Source: Octopus vulgaris
Lineage: Eukaryota
Reading direction: 5' to 3'
Assembly: GCA_951406725.2 (NCBI GenBank)
Contig: OX597827.1
Coordinates: 41,726,001-41,790,000 of the forward strand
Length of the DNA: 64,000 nt
A model generated the notes under the pieces. The model ran no database searches. It was given only the letters and a program-made list of their open reading frames with translations, and had not been told where the DNA came from. How positions within the stretch are numbered: position 1 is the stretch's first letter; every line of letters starts with the position of its first letter. The position numbers and the translations under genes were made by a program. This document shows positions 61,693 to 64,000 of this stretch, in pieces.

Positions 61693-61771
61693 CTCTGACA
61701 GCTGTTTCGATTCAAACTTTTGAAATAAATTAGAATAATCAAAACATTGTAAAGTTGAATCTCGTCGGAGG
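61693..61771 (-). ncRNA. Type I hammerhead ribozyme-like motif with long stem II (U4->C)
   Basis: CCT-CCGACGA-GATTCAACTTT...AAAGTTTGAATC-GAA-ACAGCTGT-C-AGAG: palindromic stem III and a GUC triplet. Confidence 0.6.
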
Positions 61772-61789
61772 TAGAAAAAAAGATATACC

Positions 61790-62262
61790 ATTTCGGGGTC
61801 GATTAAATAAGTGCCAGTTACGAACTGGGTCAATATAATCGACTTAATCCGTTTGTCTCTCCTTGTTTGTTCTCTCTGTGTTTAGCCCCTTGTGTGTAGT
61901 AAAGAAATAGGTATTTCGACTGCCGTTACGTTCTGAGTTCAAGTTCCGCCGAGGTCGACTTTGCCTTTCATCCTTTCGGGGTCGATAAATTAAGTACCAG
62001 TTACGCACTGGGGTCGATATAATCGACTTAATCCGTTTATCTGTCCTTGTATGTCTCCTCTGTGTTTAGCCCCTTGTTGGTAGTAAAGAAATGGGTATTT
62101 TGTCTGTCTTTATGTTCTGAGTTCACATTCCGCCAAGGTCGACTGTGCCTTTCATCCTTTCGGGGTCGATAAATTAAGAGCCAGTTGCCTACTGGGGTCA
62201 ACCTAATCGAGTGGCCCCCCTCCCCCAAAATTTCGTGCCGTGTGCCTAGAGTAGAAAAGAAT
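61790..62262 (+). mobile_element. Head-less tandem multimer of family A SINE (~183-bp period)
   Basis: ttcggggtcgat recurs at ~61792, ~61975 and ~62159 with collinear intervening units. Confidence 0.85.
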
Positions 62263-63134
62263 TATAGACACATTAAATAAAGTAATAACACAAAACGAGA
62301 CAACAAAAACAACAGACTTTTGTCTTCCCAGGCAGCTTAAAAATACAAGCGTAGTTACACACCAGAAATAGCAAAACTAATAATGTAAAAAAATAGAAAA
62401 ACAAATCTATCCCAAAACAGAGACTACCTGAAAAATATTGATGTACATACAACTGAAATAAAAATTCAGCTTTAAAACAAGTAAACAAGGAAAATAGAAA
62501 AAATATAAAGAAAGTAGCAGTAGAAATGGAAACTAGGAAACGTTTGTATCCAATATAAAAGAGAAAACAAATGGTTAAAACTTTATTTCAACAGCGACAA
62601 CGTCATAGCTTCTCCCGTGTGACGTTAAGAACTTTAAATAACATGAGCACGTTGCAACAACAGCAGGCAAACGCCGCTTTCATTTACATACATAATACAT
62701 ACATACATACATACATACATACATACATACACACATACATACATACATACATACATACATACATACATACATACATACACACATACATACATACATACAT
62801 ACATATAATTAATTATATTTACACCTGTATATGAGCATATGTATATATATATGTATATAAGTATATGTGCGTGTACATATATATATATGTGTGTGTATAG
62901 ATATGTATGTATGTATGTATAATAGAAATATTAAAATTACTAAGTCTCTCTAAAAGAGATTACGGCAGCGTTACTGGAAATTAATTGTTATCGCCATATT
63001 AATATGGCAGTCTTATAGATATAAGACTAAAGCTGTCGTCGATTAGCTCCATGAGGCCATCGCCTTAAGCTAGCTATTTGACACACAAACTGTGTCCATT
63101 ATAACCTTCGAACAAGGTTATATATATATATATA

Positions 63135-63388
63135 TAATAACAAAATAATAAATATAACATATGCATAGACACATACATATATGTACGTACCTACATATAT
63201 ATGTATATATACATGCATATATGGGTACAGGACACAAAGAAAAACGTCAAATACATTGAGAAACGAAAACATAATAACAAAACCATGGAAACGGACATTT
63301 TTTAAACAACGAAAAAACAAAGTACAAGACATACAACATAAGGAAAATTCCCCTTCTTCAGCCACCCCTGCTTCGTCTACTCCGTGTT
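63135..63388 (-). mobile_element. Related copy of the 51581-51890 repeat family
   Basis: Shares tatatgtacgt.c..acat, gtacaggaca, acgaaaac, aagtaca.gacat and aaggaaaa.tccccttc.tcagc in the same order. Confidence 0.6.
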
Positions 63389-63392
63389 ATAT

Positions 63393-63689
63393 ACGAACAG
63401 CCTTGGAGCGGTCAAAATGGAGATCGTTGTGGCAAAATACTTTTAGAAACTTTATTTCAACCAGCGTTAACAGGCTTCGAGGTGCAAGGCAGAGGGGAAA
63501 AGTGGCTGTAAATATACCACCTGCACTGACCTGTAATCTTCATACTTGCAGGATCTGTGGGCTTCTTTGCAAATCGATGGCGGGACTTAAATCTCACATT
63601 CGACATAAGCATTATGACTGACGAAGGAGTAGGTTGTCGGCTCCTCATACGTCGAAACTGACGGGAGAGTCCATCACACACACACACAC

Positions 63690-63757
<68 letters not shown>
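63393..63757 (+). mobile_element. RTE/RTE-X-like LINE 3' end with (CA)n tail
   Basis: ALERSKWRS, then a C-terminal zinc finger CRICGLLCKSMAGLKSHIRHKH (stop 63619-21), a short UTR and (CA)n. Confidence 0.72.
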
Positions 63758-63759
<2 letters not shown>

Positions 63760-63781
63760 ATAATATATATATATATATATA

Positions 63782-64000
63782 GTGACAATTTACAAAAAAA
63801 CAAAAGACGAAGACGGGTGTATAAACAACAAACAGATGTATTAGTTTAACGCTTGGGAAGTGAGAAAGTTTCGACAGGAAGGAACACAGAAATAAACAGA
63901 AATTTCTAGAGAAAATAGGAAAAGTTTGAGTGGCTAGCGATCTATCATGGCAAATGCCGGACAGAGGGATCACACAGAAGAGCTAGGAAGAAGGGGAGAT
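63782..64000 (-). mobile_element. Family E copy with the hammerhead-like core deleted; runs off the window end
   Basis: Reverse complement matches 31133-31320 (gat..ctagccact, ttctgtgttcc, agcgtta.actaatacatctg, gtcttcgtcttt) but joins ctgtcgaa directly to actttc. Confidence 0.65.

Noticed and set aside
63618-63675. CUGACGA-AGGAG/CUCCU...GAAAC...GUC after the zinc-finger ORF
   Set aside because: Eight extra nt separate stem II from GAAA and stems I/III do not pair; better explained as a LINE 3'UTR stem-loop.

Overview
AT-rich eukaryotic non-coding DNA saturated with microsatellites ((TA)n, (CA)n, (TATG)n, (CTAT)n, (AAT)n, (GAT/CAT)n) and tRNA-derived SINEs. The repeat content strongly resembles an octopus (cephalopod) genome; this is recognition from memory, not a database result. 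No host protein-coding gene is supported, and almost all ORFs in the track are microsatellite read-through. Recognisable elements: a near-intact 1.63-kb IR/DR Tc1 (DD34E) transposon; a Penelope-like RT fragment; R4/Dong, HERO-like, RTE-like and L1/Tx1-like LINE remnants; three non-autonomous Helitrons; and many SINE copies from at least four families. The most interesting signal is a set of unrelated short non-autonomous elements that each carry a minimal hammerhead-ribozyme-like motif (CUGANGA..stem II..GAAAC..NUH) with a self-complementary stem III, some with fold-back or terminally repeated structures typical of Penelope-like retroelements. One of them has a Pol III tRNA head, suggesting a ribozyme-bearing, possibly Penelope-mobilised SINE/retrozyme system. 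All copies here carry some deviation from the canonical core, so activity is untested inference.
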